A stretch of DNA of 64,000 nucleotides from assembly GCA_964603545.1 (NCBI GenBank), contig CAZRVD010000003.1:4945-68944 (forward strand), in the 5' to 3' direction. A program made the position numbers and the translations under genes. Positions 29,365 to 40,252 of this stretch are shown here, piece after piece (the stretch's first letter is position 1; every line of letters starts with the position of its first letter). The DNA comes from an uncultured Candidatus Saccharibacteria bacterium. GTDB lineage: Bacteria; Patescibacteriota; Minisyncoccia; Phycocordibacterales; DATDWN01. The notes under the pieces are model-generated. The model was not told the origin of the DNA. It worked only from the letters and a program-made list of their open reading frames with translations, and made no database searches.

Positions 29365-31995
29365 TTATTTTCTATACGCTCTAAATTGTTTTAAAGCTTT
29401 TTTTAAGTACTTGCCTGTATATGAAAGATCATTATTTGCTACTTCTTCTGGAGTTCCTTTTGCTACCAGCTGTCCCCCACCTTCCCCACCCTCTGGACCG
29501 ATATCCAAAATATAGTCGCTAGACTTTATAATATCCATATTGTGTTCAATAACAAGAACAGTGTTTCCTTTATTTACTAGTTTTTGCAAAATTTCTATAA
29601 GTTTTTTTACATCTTCATAATGCAGTCCAATAGTCGGTTCATCTAAAAGATAAATAGTTTTTTGAACATGAGGTCTGTAAAGTTCTGAGGAAATTTTCAC
29701 ACGTTGCGCCTCTCCTCCAGAAAGAGTTGTGGCAGACTGTCCAAGCTCCAAATACCCTAGCCCTACATCATCCATAGATTGGAGTCTGTCAGAAATTGCC
29801 GGGATATCTTCAAAAAACTTCAGAGCTTCCTCCACTGTCATTTTAAGCACATCGTGAATGCTTTTCTTTTTATAATGAACTTCCAGGGTTTCTTTCATAA
29901 ATCTTTTGCCCTTACAGACGTCGCAAGGCACGTAAACAGTCGGCAAGAAATGCATTTCCACTTCTATCATTCCGTTCCCTTGACAAGTTTCGCAACGACC
30001 CCCTTTTACATTGAAAGAAAATCTGTTACTTCTCCACCCACGGGCACGAGCTTCAGATGTTTCTGCGAACAAATCACGAATAAAGGTCCACGCCCCTGTA
30101 TATGTTGCTGGATTAGAGCGTGGAGTTCTGCCTATGGGTGACTGGTCAATAAGTATTGCCCTGCCCAAATACTCTGTTCCTGTAAAAGACTTACAGTTAT
30201 AAACTTCCGCGGAGCGGTACTTTCTTTCAAAACGCGCCTGCAAGTTTCTGTGCAAAATTTCATAAACAAAAGAAGATTTTCCCGAACCTGATACTCCAGT
30301 GACAGCAACAAATTTACCAAGTGGAATATCCACATTCATATTTTTGATATTAAAAATTTTTCCTCCACGAATCTGTATCTCACCCCGAGGTTCCTCACGT
30401 CTATTTTCTGGAACTTCTATAACTTTGTCTCCACGTAAGTAATCCAAAGTAACAGAGCCAGACAAATTTTTCTTTGCTGTTAACAAATCTTCTAGGTAGT
30501 CAGCCACGACCACATGACCTCCATGTATGCCAGCACCAGGACCAATGTCCACTATGTAGTCAGATGCAAATATTGTATCTTCATCGTGCTCCACAATAAT
30601 AATAGTGTTACCAAGATTTTTTAAATCTATTAGTGTTTGTATAAGTCTGTCATTGTCGCGAGAGTGCAGTCCTATAGTCGGCTCGTCGAGTACGTACAAT
30701 GCTCCCACAAGTCCAGAGCCAAGCTGCGAGGCCAAACGAATTCTCTGGGCTTCTCCACCAGAGAGAGTGTGAGCTCGACGGTCAAGGGATAAATATTCAA
30801 TACCAACATTAATCATAAAAAGAAGTCGTGATTCTATTTCTCGCATCACCACCTTTGAAATATTTTTCTCTCTCTCAGAAAGTTTAAGTCCGTCAAGAAA
30901 GGCAAAGGCATCTTTGATAGACATACTTGTCAGCTCCACAATATTTTTTTTACCAATTAGAACATGTAACGCCTCTTCTCGTAGTCTTGCTCCTTTACAC
31001 TTCAGACAAGCTTCTTTACCAAAAAAATGTCTTGTTCCCAAACCATTACATTCTGGACAAGCACCGTATGGAGAGTTGAAAGAGAAAAGTCTTGGTTCAA
31101 CTTCTGGATACGAGTAACCATCCTTTGGACAAGAAAGTTTAGATGACATGAAAAATTCCTCGGGTTTATAGTCTTTGTTTTTCTCCAGAGCCATATCGCG
31201 AAAAACTATTTTCACTTGACCGTCAGATTCCAGAAGCGACTTTTCTAAATCTTCAGAAAGTCTTTCCTCTGCGCTTTTACTATCTGTCTTGAAATCAAGC
31301 AAAGAAATACTATCTACCAAAACATCTATTGTATGTCTTTTTGTTTTTGAAAGTTCTACTCTATCACGCAAAGATTTTCTTACTCCATCTACTAATATAT
31401 GTGAATATCCTTTACCAAGTAAGTCATATAAAAGTTGGTAGTACTCACCTTTTCTTCCTTTTACAACTGGTGCAAAAATCTCTACGTACATTGGAAGTTG
31501 AATCTTTTTTGAATTTGTTATAAAAATTTTCTTTTTAGCTTCAACTCTTTCTAAAACAAAGTTTTTTATCTCTTCGTTTGAAAGCTTTGTTATTTCATCG
31601 CCACAAACAAGACAATGCGGATGACCAATACGAGAATACAAAATACGGAGATAGTCGTAAATTTCAGTAATAGTCGCTACAGTTGAACGTGGATTATTTG
31701 ATCTAGATTTTTGATCTATAGAAATTGCTGGAGAGAGTCCCACAATTTCATCTACATCTGGTTTTTGCATTTGCCGAAGAAACTGACGAGCATACGAAGA
31801 AAGAGACTCAACATATCTTCTCTGTCCCTCAGCAAAAATAGTATCAAAAGCAAGGGATGATTTTCCCGAACCAGAGAGACCAGTGAAAACCACCATTTTA
31901 TTTCTCGGCATTTCTACAGTTATATTTTTAAGGTTGTGAGTTCTTGCTCCCTTAACGATAATTTTTTCTTGTGATTTGTCTTCTTTTTTAACCAT
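29365..31995 (-). CDS. uvrA: Excinuclease ABC subunit A
   Basis: [14 protein letters not shown], two LSGGEAQR signatures, zinc-finger CxxC pairs. Confidence 0.98.
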   Translation of the reverse strand: MVKKEDKSQEKIIVKGARTHNLKNITVEMPRNKMVVFTGLSGSGKSSLAFDTIFAEGQRRYVESLSSYARQFLRQMQKPDVDEIVGLSPAISIDQKSRSNNPRSTVATITEIYDYLRILYSRIGHPHCLVCGDEITKLSNEEIKNFVLERVEAKKKIFITNSKKIQLPMYVEIFAPVVKGRKGEYYQLLYDLLGKGYSHILVDGVRKSLRDRVELSKTKRHTIDVLVDSISLLDFKTDSKSAEERLSEDLEKSLLESDGQVKIVFRDMALEKNKDYKPEEFFMSSKLSCPKDGYSYPEVEPRLFSFNSPYGACPECNGLGTRHFFGKEACLKCKGARLREEALHVLIGKKNIVELTSMSIKDAFAFLDGLKLSEREKNISKVVMREIESRLLFMINVGIEYLSLDRRAHTLSGGEAQRIRLASQLGSGLVGALYVLDEPTIGLHSRDNDRLIQTLIDLKNLGNTIIIVEHDEDTIFASDYIVDIGPGAGIHGGHVVVADYLEDLLTAKKNLSGSVTLDYLRGDKVIEVPENRREEPRGEIQIRGGKIFNIKNMNVDIPLGKFVAVTGVSGSGKSSFVYEILHRNLQARFERKYRSAEVYNCKSFTGTEYLGRAILIDQSPIGRTPRSNPATYTGAWTFIRDLFAETSEARARGWRSNRFSFNVKGGRCETCQGNGMIEVEMHFLPTVYVPCDVCKGKRFMKETLEVHYKKKSIHDVLKMTVEEALKFFEDIPAISDRLQSMDDVGLGYLELGQSATTLSGGEAQRVKISSELYRPHVQKTIYLLDEPTIGLHYEDVKKLIEILQKLVNKGNTVLVIEHNMDIIKSSDYILDIGPEGGEGGGQLVAKGTPEEVANNDLSYTGKYLKKALKQFRAYRK

Positions 31996-32129
31996 AATAT
32001 ATCAAAAAATTAACCCTGTCGGCCGTATGGGTTATCTATAGTCAAATATACTAACACGTACTAACTACAATGTACATTGACTTTGTAGCTCTAAATGATA
32101 ATGTCTTTAAAGAAGGGGGTGATGTGACT

Positions 32130-32381
32130 ATGCTGACAAATACCAATGCAAATTTCAAGTTGCCTCCTGAAGAGAAGGTGACATGGATCGACCCTAGCGA
32201 GGCTGGAGATCTTGCGGAGACTGTCACGGAATACATCAGAGTATATGGTAGGGAGGGACTCACACTTCACTCAACCACCAACTCAACAGCACTGGAAAGG
32301 AATATCGTCCTTGCAACCTTGAGAAAAGACGGCAAGATCCTTCCAGGCACCTTCATAAAGTCTCTTCTCCGTAAAGTGTAG
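32130..32381 (+). CDS. GC-richer hypothetical protein
   Basis: TTGACT at 32077; GAAGGGGGTG SD; terminator at 32391-32421. Confidence 0.6.
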   Translation: MLTNTNANFKLPPEEKVTWIDPSEAGDLAETVTEYIRVYGREGLTLHSTTNSTALERNIVLATLRKDGKILPGTFIKSLLRKV

Positions 32382-32431
32382 AAAAGAAACGCGGCGCTCC
32401 TCGGAAGTTCGAGGGCGCCGCTGTATCGTAT

Positions 32432-34531
32432 TTACATGAGTAAATCCTTATTTCTTGGATTTTTTAGTTTCATTACTTTCGGTACTTCGAGCTTTTTTTG
32501 AAGTTCTAATATCTCATCACGAAGTATTGCAGCTGTCTCAAAATCCAATATTTTTACCGCTCCATCCATTTGTTTCTCTTTTTGCCTAATAAGTTTCTGT
32601 GGATCTTTTTCAAATAATTTTTTATCTAACTCAAGTAGTGAATCCACAGTTTTTTTGTGTTCTGTTCTCATTTGGTCTGTAATGTCCTGAATTTTCTTGA
32701 TAATAGTTTTTGGAGTTATTCCATGCTTTTTATTGTATTCAATCTGCAAAGTTCTTCTTCGATTTGTTTCGTTTATTGCATACTCCATTGAACCCGTCAT
32801 CCTGTCTGCATACAAAATAACACGACCATCTACATTTCTAGCTGCTCGTCCAATTATTTGCACCAGACTCGTGTCACTTCGAAGAAATCCTTCTTTATCT
32901 GCGTCTAGAATTCCTATTAGTGTTACTTCTGGCAAATCTAACCCTTCTCGAAGTAAATTAACTCCGACAAGCACATCAAACTCACCCTTACGAAGTGAAG
33001 TTAGTATTTCAATTCTGTGAATTGTTTTTATATCACTGTGAAGGTACTCTGCCTTGATTCCCTTTTCTTTTAGATACTCACTTAAATCTTCTGCCATTTT
33101 TTTTGTCAGAGTCGTGGCAATAACTCTACCTCCTTTTTTGATTGCTTTTTCTGCTTCCTGTATAAAATCTTTTATTTGACCAGGATATGCGCTATCGGAG
33201 CCTCCGACCTCAGATGTCTTTGAAGAAGTAATGCGTCTAACTAGAACGACAGGATCTATTAAACCGGTTGGTCGTATTACTTGTTCAACTATTTGCTCAC
33301 TATGTTCTGCTTCATACTTACTTGGTGTTGCTGATGTGTAAATGACTTGACCTACTCGCTCTTCAAATTCTTCAAACTTTAATGGTCTGTTATCTTTTGC
33401 ACTTGGTAACCTAAATCCAAAATCAACTAAAGATTGTTTTCTTGAAGCATCCCCTGCATACATTGCACCGATTTGAGGAACGGAAACATGTGATTCGTCA
33501 ATAACCGTAAGAAAATCTGGATTGCCGTTTTTATCATGAGGAAAATACGAAAGTAAAGTATCCGGCGCTTCGCCAGCTTTTTTGCCCGAGAAATGTCTAG
33601 AGTAGTTTTCTATACCGTTGCAGTAACCCATTTCACGAATAAGAGCTAAGTCATATGTCGTTCTTCTTTTTAATCTTTCCACTTCCAAAAGTTTTCCCTC
33701 TTTTTCAAGCTCTTTTAGTCTAGTTGTTAACTCTAACTTGATGGATTTGAAAGCTCTTTCGTTTTGCTCTTTGTTTGAGATAAAATGTTTTGCAGGAAAG
33801 AGGAAAAAAACTTCAACTGTTTTGATGATTTCTCTGGTTATAGCGTCTATCACTAAAATCTCTTTTATTTTGCCACCAGAAATATCAGAGGCTATTTCCA
33901 ATCTATAAATAACTTTTTCGGAAACTGGCATTATCTCTATCATGTTTCCAATAGCTCGAAACATCCCTGGATTTAAATCTGCGGTAGTTCTTTCAAAATG
34001 AATATCTATAAGATTTCTAATAAAGTCTGCTCTTGATATTTTCTCCCCAGTTTGTATTTTTAAATTTACTTTTTCGTATTCTACTGGAGAACCTAAACCA
34101 TAAATGCATGAGACTGATGCCACAATTATCACATCTTTCCGAGTCAAAAGCGCCTGGGTTGAGGCGTGTCTAAGTCTGTCTATTTCTTCGTTTATCATCG
34201 CTTCCTTCTCTATATACGTGTCAGAAACTGGCATATACGCTTCCGGCTGATAATAGTCATAGTAAGAAACAAAAAAATGTACTGCATTGTTGGGAAAAAA
34301 TTCTCTGTATTCTTGTGCTAGCTGAGCTGCAAGAGTTTTGTTATGAGCAATAACTAGAGTTGGTTTTTGAATTTCTTGTATTACATTGGCTACTGTATAT
34401 GTTTTACCACTTCCAGTCACACCCAAAAGAGTCTGATGTCTCAGACCCTTTTTAAGACCATCCACCAAACCCTTTATGGCTTTTGGCTGGTCTCCCGCCG
34501 GTTCAAATTCTCTCTTTATCTCAAATTTCAT
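32432..34531 (-). CDS. uvrB: Excinuclease ABC subunit B
   Basis: PAGDQP, GVTGSGKT, YYDYYQPEAY, DESH, NLLREGLD, GRAARN. Confidence 0.98.
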   Translation of the reverse strand: MKFEIKREFEPAGDQPKAIKGLVDGLKKGLRHQTLLGVTGSGKTYTVANVIQEIQKPTLVIAHNKTLAAQLAQEYREFFPNNAVHFFVSYYDYYQPEAYMPVSDTYIEKEAMINEEIDRLRHASTQALLTRKDVIIVASVSCIYGLGSPVEYEKVNLKIQTGEKISRADFIRNLIDIHFERTTADLNPGMFRAIGNMIEIMPVSEKVIYRLEIASDISGGKIKEILVIDAITREIIKTVEVFFLFPAKHFISNKEQNERAFKSIKLELTTRLKELEKEGKLLEVERLKRRTTYDLALIREMGYCNGIENYSRHFSGKKAGEAPDTLLSYFPHDKNGNPDFLTVIDESHVSVPQIGAMYAGDASRKQSLVDFGFRLPSAKDNRPLKFEEFEERVGQVIYTSATPSKYEAEHSEQIVEQVIRPTGLIDPVVLVRRITSSKTSEVGGSDSAYPGQIKDFIQEAEKAIKKGGRVIATTLTKKMAEDLSEYLKEKGIKAEYLHSDIKTIHRIEILTSLRKGEFDVLVGVNLLREGLDLPEVTLIGILDADKEGFLRSDTSLVQIIGRAARNVDGRVILYADRMTGSMEYAINETNRRRTLQIEYNKKHGITPKTIIKKIQDITDQMRTEHKKTVDSLLELDKKLFEKDPQKLIRQKEKQMDGAVKILDFETAAILRDEILELQKKLEVPKVMKLKNPRNKDLLM

Positions 34532-34622
34532 TTGGTTACTATACAATAATTTTATATATAACTAAACCCCGTGTTTTACACGAGGGCCTTGTGGGCCGGT
34601 GTAATGTTTTACACCAGCCCAC

Positions 34623-34943
34623 CTACTTTTTTTTCTTAATTGGTAGTTCGTCCTGGTAAACACGACTCACACCACTTGCAGTCCAGACTTCAGTCAACAA
34701 GCCTTGGTTAATCCAATTGTAAATAGCCTTGGTGGAATAACCTGAGTATCTTGAAGCTCTCGTGATTGTCAGCGTGTTTCGATCGGGTTCAGAGGTCACA
34801 AGGCTGTCCCTGTACACAACTTTGTATCCACTCGGAGTCTCGTGACACTCTAGTTTACCCTCCGAAATCCATCTCTTAATGGTACGGATGTCGACACCAA
34901 CGATTTCAGCAGCTTTCTTCTTAGAAATAAGTTCTCTGCTCAC
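34623..34943 (-). CDS. Tandem excisionase/MerR-type HTH DNA-binding protein
   Basis: Two repeats (AAEIVGVDIRTIKRWISEGKL..TPSG and ASRYSGYSTKAIYNWINQGLL..TASG); GGAGG SD. Confidence 0.8.
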   Translation of the reverse strand: MSRELISKKKAAEIVGVDIRTIKRWISEGKLECHETPSGYKVVYRDSLVTSEPDRNTLTITRASRYSGYSTKAIYNWINQGLLTEVWTASGVSRVYQDELPIKKKK

Positions 34944-35007
34944 TACCCCTCCAATCCAATAGACAATAAAACATTATTTTAAATTTTAGTCAAACAAAAA
35001 ACTGTAG

Positions 35008-36219
35008 CTAATTTTTATCGTATTTTACCAAAAACTCCTTTTTATATTTTTTAAAATCACCAAACAACATTTCTTCTCGCATTTTAGAGACTAGGTGTGT
35101 AATAAAGTAAATATTGTGTATGGAAGTTAGCGTAGAAGCTAGCATTTCTTTGCTATGAAAAAGATGAGCAACATAGCTTCTAGTAAAGTTCACGCAGGTG
35201 TAACAACCACAATCCTCGTCGAGCGGTCTTAGATCACTTCTAAACTTTTCGTTAAGTAAATTTATCTTACCAAATTTTGTGTAAGCCCCTCCATTTCTGG
35301 CAATCCTTGTTGGCACGACACAATCAAAAAGATCACAACCATTTTCTACTGCCATAAAAAGATCTTCAGGTTCTCCTATACCAAGTAAATGTCTTGGTTT
35401 TTCTTTTGGAAGTATTTCGTTTACCCATTGCACTGCCTTGTCCATATCTTCTTTATCAAAGGAACCTCCAATACCAAAACCATCAAAATCTAATCCTCCA
35501 ATAAAATCAGCGGACTCTTTTCTTAACCTTTCACTTCTTCCTCCTTGAACTATCCCGAAAAGTGCCTGATACTCTGAATTCGGTTTTGATTTGTGGTATT
35601 CCAAAGATTGTTTTGCCCAACGATGTGTTCTGTCGAGTGCTTCTGCTTGATAATGGTCGCTTTCATTTGGAGAGGTGCACTCATCAAAAGCAAAAATAAT
35701 ATCTGCACCTAGATTATGTTGAATATCAATAGATTTTTCTGGAGTAAAATAATGAGCATCTCCGCTAATATGATCGCGAAACATGACACCATTTGGGTCT
35801 ATTTTTGCTATTTTGGGTAAATCATTTTCTTCATTTAATTCATCTAGTAGAATTTCTTCGTTTTTTTTGTGAGCAATTTTACTTAGTCCATTTTTACCGT
35901 ACGCCACACCAAGAGAAAATACTTGAAATCCTCCAGAGTCTGTCATAAGTGGCCCATTCCAATTCATTGCCTTATGAAGGCCACCAATTTTTGATATCTG
36001 CTCGTGTCCTGGTTCCAAATACAAATGATAAGTATTAGCAATAATAGTCTGCACTCCCGTTTCTTTCACTTGTTCTGGAGTAAGTGACTTTACGGTACCC
36101 TTTGTTCCAACCGCAACAAAAGCTGGAGTCTGTATGTCTCCATGTAGTGTATGTATTGTCCCAACTCTTCCCAAAGTTCCCGCCAACTCTTTATGTATTT
36201 CAAATTTAAGTGACTTCAT
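35008..36219 (-). CDS. tgt: tRNA-guanine(34) transglycosylase
   Basis: ANTYHL, TDSGGFQVFSL, FGIVQGG, FDCVVPTR, CGCYTC, SIHN. Confidence 0.97.
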   Translation of the reverse strand: MKSLKFEIHKELAGTLGRVGTIHTLHGDIQTPAFVAVGTKGTVKSLTPEQVKETGVQTIIANTYHLYLEPGHEQISKIGGLHKAMNWNGPLMTDSGGFQVFSLGVAYGKNGLSKIAHKKNEEILLDELNEENDLPKIAKIDPNGVMFRDHISGDAHYFTPEKSIDIQHNLGADIIFAFDECTSPNESDHYQAEALDRTHRWAKQSLEYHKSKPNSEYQALFGIVQGGRSERLRKESADFIGGLDFDGFGIGGSFDKEDMDKAVQWVNEILPKEKPRHLLGIGEPEDLFMAVENGCDLFDCVVPTRIARNGGAYTKFGKINLLNEKFRSDLRPLDEDCGCYTCVNFTRSYVAHLFHSKEMLASTLTSIHNIYFITHLVSKMREEMLFGDFKKYKKEFLVKYDKN

Positions 36220-36283
36220 ATAATTTTTTTAAATCTAACACACTAAAGACCTTTTTCAAAAAACACCTGTATTCACTAACTTT

Positions 36284-36313
36284 TATTTCACAGCGATATA
36301 TCGCTGTGAAATA
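36284..36313. repeat. Palindrome family A, copy 1
   Basis: Perfect 30-bp palindrome TATTTCACAGCGATATATCGCTGTGAAATA. Confidence 0.92.
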
Positions 36314-36319
36314 TTCTAT

Positions 36320-36545
36320 GTATAAAAAAACGGGTGGGTTGGGAGCGATAGATTGCTCCCTTCCCACCCGGTTCGGACGGTTTCTTTCCACCGTCATTGG
36401 TATTGCTGGCCGACTGCGGCCCTGACACGGACGATCGAACGTGAGTACGAGCGTAAGGTCGAAACAAGCTAGGAGTTCGAAACGGACGAGACAGAGTCGA
36501 AGTTTCCGAGGCAATAGGTGAAGGCATCCCTCCACCGCTAACAGC
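36320..36545 (-). ncRNA. Candidate small RNA (or decayed gene) between two family A palindromes
   Basis: TTGACT-17-TATGCT promoter (36575-36547) and a strong terminator (36328-36372). Both open frames run through the terminator. Confidence 0.35.
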
Positions 36546-36581
36546 AAGCATACACCCATTCTCTAGTAAAGTCAAGTACAC

Positions 36582-36615
36582 TTTATTTCACAGCGATATA
36601 TCGCTGTGAAATAAA
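36582..36615. repeat. Palindrome family A, copy 2
   Basis: Perfect 34-bp palindrome centred exactly 300 bp from copy 1. Confidence 0.92.
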
Positions 36616-36681
36616 AGAGAGTAACCAAAAAACAGACTTACTTTAGTCTGTTTTTTGGTTTGCTTTTTTAAAGTTATTCAA

Positions 36682-37131
36682 TTACTCCACCTTTAACAAC
36701 TCGATTTCGAAAATAAGTGTTGAACCAGCTGGTATGGGCCCATAATCCTGATACCCATACCCAAGCTCTGGAGGAACAACTACTATTCTCTTTCCACCAA
36801 CCCTCATTCCAACAAGTCCTTCATCCCAACCTTTTATAACCTGCCCACTACCTAGCACAAACTGAAACGGTTCACCTCTCGTTACTGAACTGTCAAAAAC
36901 ATTTCCATCTGTAAACTTGCCCGTATAGTGAACCACAACCCTACTTCCAGTTTTTGCTTCTTCTCCTGTTCCAACTACAATATCTTGTCCCATAATTTGT
37001 GAAGTTTGAGCAGTGCTCTCATTTGTTTTACTAAACATTGAAACTAATCCTTGCCCAAAAATAAAGAAAAATCCAACAATAAAAACAGAAACTACTACTG
37101 CTACCCATTCATTTTTACTTAATTTTTTCAT
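36682..37131 (-). CDS. FKBP-type peptidyl-prolyl isomerase, membrane-anchored
   Basis: VHYTG, FDSS, VIKGWDEG, PPELGYG, IPAGSTLIFEIELL. Confidence 0.95.
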   Translation of the reverse strand: MKKLSKNEWVAVVVSVFIVGFFFIFGQGLVSMFSKTNESTAQTSQIMGQDIVVGTGEEAKTGSRVVVHYTGKFTDGNVFDSSVTRGEPFQFVLGSGQVIKGWDEGLVGMRVGGKRIVVVPPELGYGYQDYGPIPAGSTLIFEIELLKVE

Positions 37132-37217
37132 ATTTTTAATAGAAACTTACAATAATATTTAATGTCTTTGTATATTTATAGTATATACGGTAGGATAAGA
37201 AAAGCAAAATCCATCAA

Positions 37218-37997
37218 ATGAAAAGTAGGCCTAAAAAAACAGTAAAGCAGAAGAGGGTAAATCCGATATCCACACTAGACGTATACCCCATGAGAATAAA
37301 CAAGTACCTTGCTCACAAGGGTGTGGCTACTCGTACAGGGGTAGATGACCTCATAAAAAGCAGTAAAGTTCTTATAAATGGCGTGGTAGCAAAACTCGGA
37401 GATAAAGTAAGTGAAAGCGATAAAGTAGAGGTACGAGGAATACACTCTAAAAAAACTTACGTTTATTTAGCTTACAACAAGCCCAAAGGCACAGTTAGTA
37501 CAAACCCTCAAAGAGATGAGAAAGACATAATGCAGAGCCTAAAATCTTTACCAAAGTCAGACTTTGGCAAGGGTATTTTCCCTGTGGGTAGGATAGACAA
37601 GGAGTCACATGGGTTAATGATACTAACAAACGATGGGAGAATTACAGACAGATTACTTAACCCTATTTATAACCACGAGAAAGAATACGCAGTAAAAGTG
37701 GACAGAGCTTTTACTCCAGGTTTTTTAAGAAACATGCAAGACGGTGTAAACCTTGAAGATGGAGTTACAAAACCAGCAATTGTTAAAAAAATAAAAGAAG
37801 ATACTTTTAGTATCACCTTAACAGAAGGTCGCAATCGCCAAATCAGAAGAATGACAGAAAAATTGGGCTACACAGTCAGAGACTTGGAAAGAATTAGAAT
37901 CCAAAATATAAAATTAGAAAAAACTCCCGAAAACTCTGCTAGAGAAATAACTGGGAACGAAAAAATTGAATTTTTAAAAGGAATTGGTCTGGAATAG
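37218..37997 (+). CDS. S4-domain rRNA pseudouridine synthase (RsuA/RluB/RluF family)
   Basis: RINKYLA, YNKPKG, PVGRIDKES, EGRNRQIRRM. Confidence 0.93.
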   Translation: MKSRPKKTVKQKRVNPISTLDVYPMRINKYLAHKGVATRTGVDDLIKSSKVLINGVVAKLGDKVSESDKVEVRGIHSKKTYVYLAYNKPKGTVSTNPQRDEKDIMQSLKSLPKSDFGKGIFPVGRIDKESHGLMILTNDGRITDRLLNPIYNHEKEYAVKVDRAFTPGFLRNMQDGVNLEDGVTKPAIVKKIKEDTFSITLTEGRNRQIRRMTEKLGYTVRDLERIRIQNIKLEKTPENSAREITGNEKIEFLKGIGLE

Positions 37998-38045
37998 TAA
38001 AAAATCACTCTTGCCAGCCTTGCTCCACCCAAGTACAATAGTCCT

Positions 38046-38786
38046 ATGACACAAAAAGAAATAATCAATACTACGCCAAAGAAATCCCCTGTTGAAATAC
38101 TTACAAGACAACAACTTCACAAAACAGCGGTAGAAAGAGTTCATCTTATAGCAGAAGAATTCACAGATGCTTTTAATTTCCTTCAGAAATACCCGAAATC
38201 TGTAACAGTATTTGGAGGTACTCGTTTCGTAGAAACCGACCCTCAATACGCAAGTGCAAGATCGCTTAGTGGAAGGATAGCAAAAGAACTAAACTATTCT
38301 GTAATCACAGGTGGTGGTCCAGGAATAATGGAAGCAGCAAACAGAGGTGCCTTTGAGGCAGGCGGAACATCCTTAGGATTGACTATTGAACTTTCTAACC
38401 ATCAAATAAAAAACGATTACCTTACAGATAATTTGGATTTTTACTATTTCTTCAGTAGAAAAGTTTGTATGTCTTTTTCTGCAGAAGCCTACATCTTCTT
38501 CCCTGGTGGATATGGAACGCTAGATGAGTTTTTTGAAATAGTTACCTTAGTTCAAACTAAAAAAATCGAAGCTGTTCCTATTATTCTTGTCGGTAGTGAC
38601 TTCTGGAAACCATTGGATGAACTTATGAGAAAAGAACTCCTAGGTAGAGGCACTATAGACCCGGACGACCTAGACTTATATAAAATAGTTGATGATGAAA
38701 ACGAGATAATGGAAATAGTCAAAAACTCACCTATTAGAAATGGCGTCCAATTCACTCATAACCATATTCATAGTGAGCAGAAATAA
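38046..38786 (+). CDS. LOG-family Rossmann-fold protein
   Basis: ITGGGPGIMEAANRGA, PGGYGTLDE. Confidence 0.92.
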   Translation: MTQKEIINTTPKKSPVEILTRQQLHKTAVERVHLIAEEFTDAFNFLQKYPKSVTVFGGTRFVETDPQYASARSLSGRIAKELNYSVITGGGPGIMEAANRGAFEAGGTSLGLTIELSNHQIKNDYLTDNLDFYYFFSRKVCMSFSAEAYIFFPGGYGTLDEFFEIVTLVQTKKIEAVPIILVGSDFWKPLDELMRKELLGRGTIDPDDLDLYKIVDDENEIMEIVKNSPIRNGVQFTHNHIHSEQK

Positions 38787-38788
38787 GA

Positions 38789-39007
38789 TTATTTTACCTC
38801 AATAGATTTTTTAACCTCCTTAAACTCATTTTCTATCTGGGTCAGCCTTTCCCTTGATTCTTTAATGAGTTCTGCACCTTCTTTTACATATTCTAGACCT
38901 TTTTCTACATCTAATTCAGATTGAGATTCAAACCAAGAAACTATTCCTGCTAGTTTTTTCAGCGTCTCATTTAGATTTACTTTTGTTCCTGTCTTTTTTG
39001 GCGTCAT
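38789..39007 (-). CDS. xseB: Exodeoxyribonuclease VII small subunit
   Basis: 72 aa helical pattern directly downstream of xseA. Confidence 0.85.
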   Translation of the reverse strand: MTPKKTGTKVNLNETLKKLAGIVSWFESQSELDVEKGLEYVKEGAELIKESRERLTQIENEFKEVKKSIEVK

Positions 39008-39011
39008 ATTT

Positions 39012-40193
39012 TTATATTACTTTACTCGTTATCCTACCATCAGAAACCATTATATCCAAGTCGTCTCCCGACCTTACATCTTTTTTGCTTTTAACTATTT
39101 TGTTACCACTTCGCACTATGCTGTATCCATGAGCTAGCTGTCTCTCTGGGTTTGAAAGTTCTATTACTTTGCCAGAGTTTTGCAGTAACTCACCCAAATC
39201 TCCCACCAAATTTTCAAATCCAGAAACCAAATCCTTTGTAAAACCGGTTATGTTTTCTTTGTAGCGATCTATACTAGACTCTATCCTATCTACAGAACGA
39301 AGTAGTGTATCTTCTGCTTTTCTAAACACTTCAATAAGTGCGTTAAAATTTGAGAAGATTTTTTCTTCATATGAATTCACCTTATAAAGCGCTTCGTTCC
39401 AAGACTGGTTCAAAAGATTAGCCACGGCAGTAGGAGTAGAAACATTTTTGTCACTTACCATACTAACAAGCGGTGCATCTTTGTCGTGCCCAATGCCCGT
39501 TATTACTGGCACACCAAAATCAGCAACTGCTCGCACCAAAACTTCGTTGTTAAAAGCTTGGAAGGACTCCAGCGAGCCTCCCCCGCGCATCATAACTAGC
39601 ACATCTAAATCTTTGTTTTTTAAAGTTTCCAAGGCTGAAAGTAAATCTTTCACAGCATCAATCCCTTCCACTTTTGAATCAACAAAAATTATTTCAAAAC
39701 CAAACTTACCAATATTTGTTAGGAAATCATTTATTACCGCACCACTTTTTGAAGTAATTACTCCAATCTTGTGTGGATACTCTGGTAAAGCTTTTTTTCT
39801 CTCAATACTAAAAAGTCCTTCTAGTTCAAGTTTCTTTTTTAATTTCTCGTAAGCTATTTGTAGTGCTCCTTCACCGACAAGTTCTATAGTTTCTACTTGT
39901 AGAGTTAGCCCACCATTTGGTTTATAAATACTTGGATAGGCAGAAACGATGATCTCCAAACCGTCGCGTAGCTCCACACCAGATACAGTAAAATCTCTCT
40001 TCCACATAAAACACTTCATGGTGCTTGCGTCTTTAGAATCTTTTATAGAAAAGTACAAATATGACCGTCCTGGATATTCCTGCACTCCAGAAACTTCTCC
40101 TATTATTCTGGCCTTCTCCTCCTTAAGATTTAAGTTTAACTTATCCAAATACTCACTAACTGAAATAATATCCGTTTGACTGTTTTGTGACAT
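39012..40193 (-). CDS. xseA: Exodeoxyribonuclease VII large subunit
   Basis: GEVS, YFSIKD, RGGGSLE, GIGHDKD, STPTAVA. Confidence 0.95.
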   Translation of the reverse strand: MSQNSQTDIISVSEYLDKLNLNLKEEKARIIGEVSGVQEYPGRSYLYFSIKDSKDASTMKCFMWKRDFTVSGVELRDGLEIIVSAYPSIYKPNGGLTLQVETIELVGEGALQIAYEKLKKKLELEGLFSIERKKALPEYPHKIGVITSKSGAVINDFLTNIGKFGFEIIFVDSKVEGIDAVKDLLSALETLKNKDLDVLVMMRGGGSLESFQAFNNEVLVRAVADFGVPVITGIGHDKDAPLVSMVSDKNVSTPTAVANLLNQSWNEALYKVNSYEEKIFSNFNALIEVFRKAEDTLLRSVDRIESSIDRYKENITGFTKDLVSGFENLVGDLGELLQNSGKVIELSNPERQLAHGYSIVRSGNKIVKSKKDVRSGDDLDIMVSDGRITSKVI

Positions 40194-40252
40194 GAAAAAA
40201 TTTTATCATAGTATACGAAACCGCCCAAGCGAAGCGCGGCTTCGCTTGGGCG

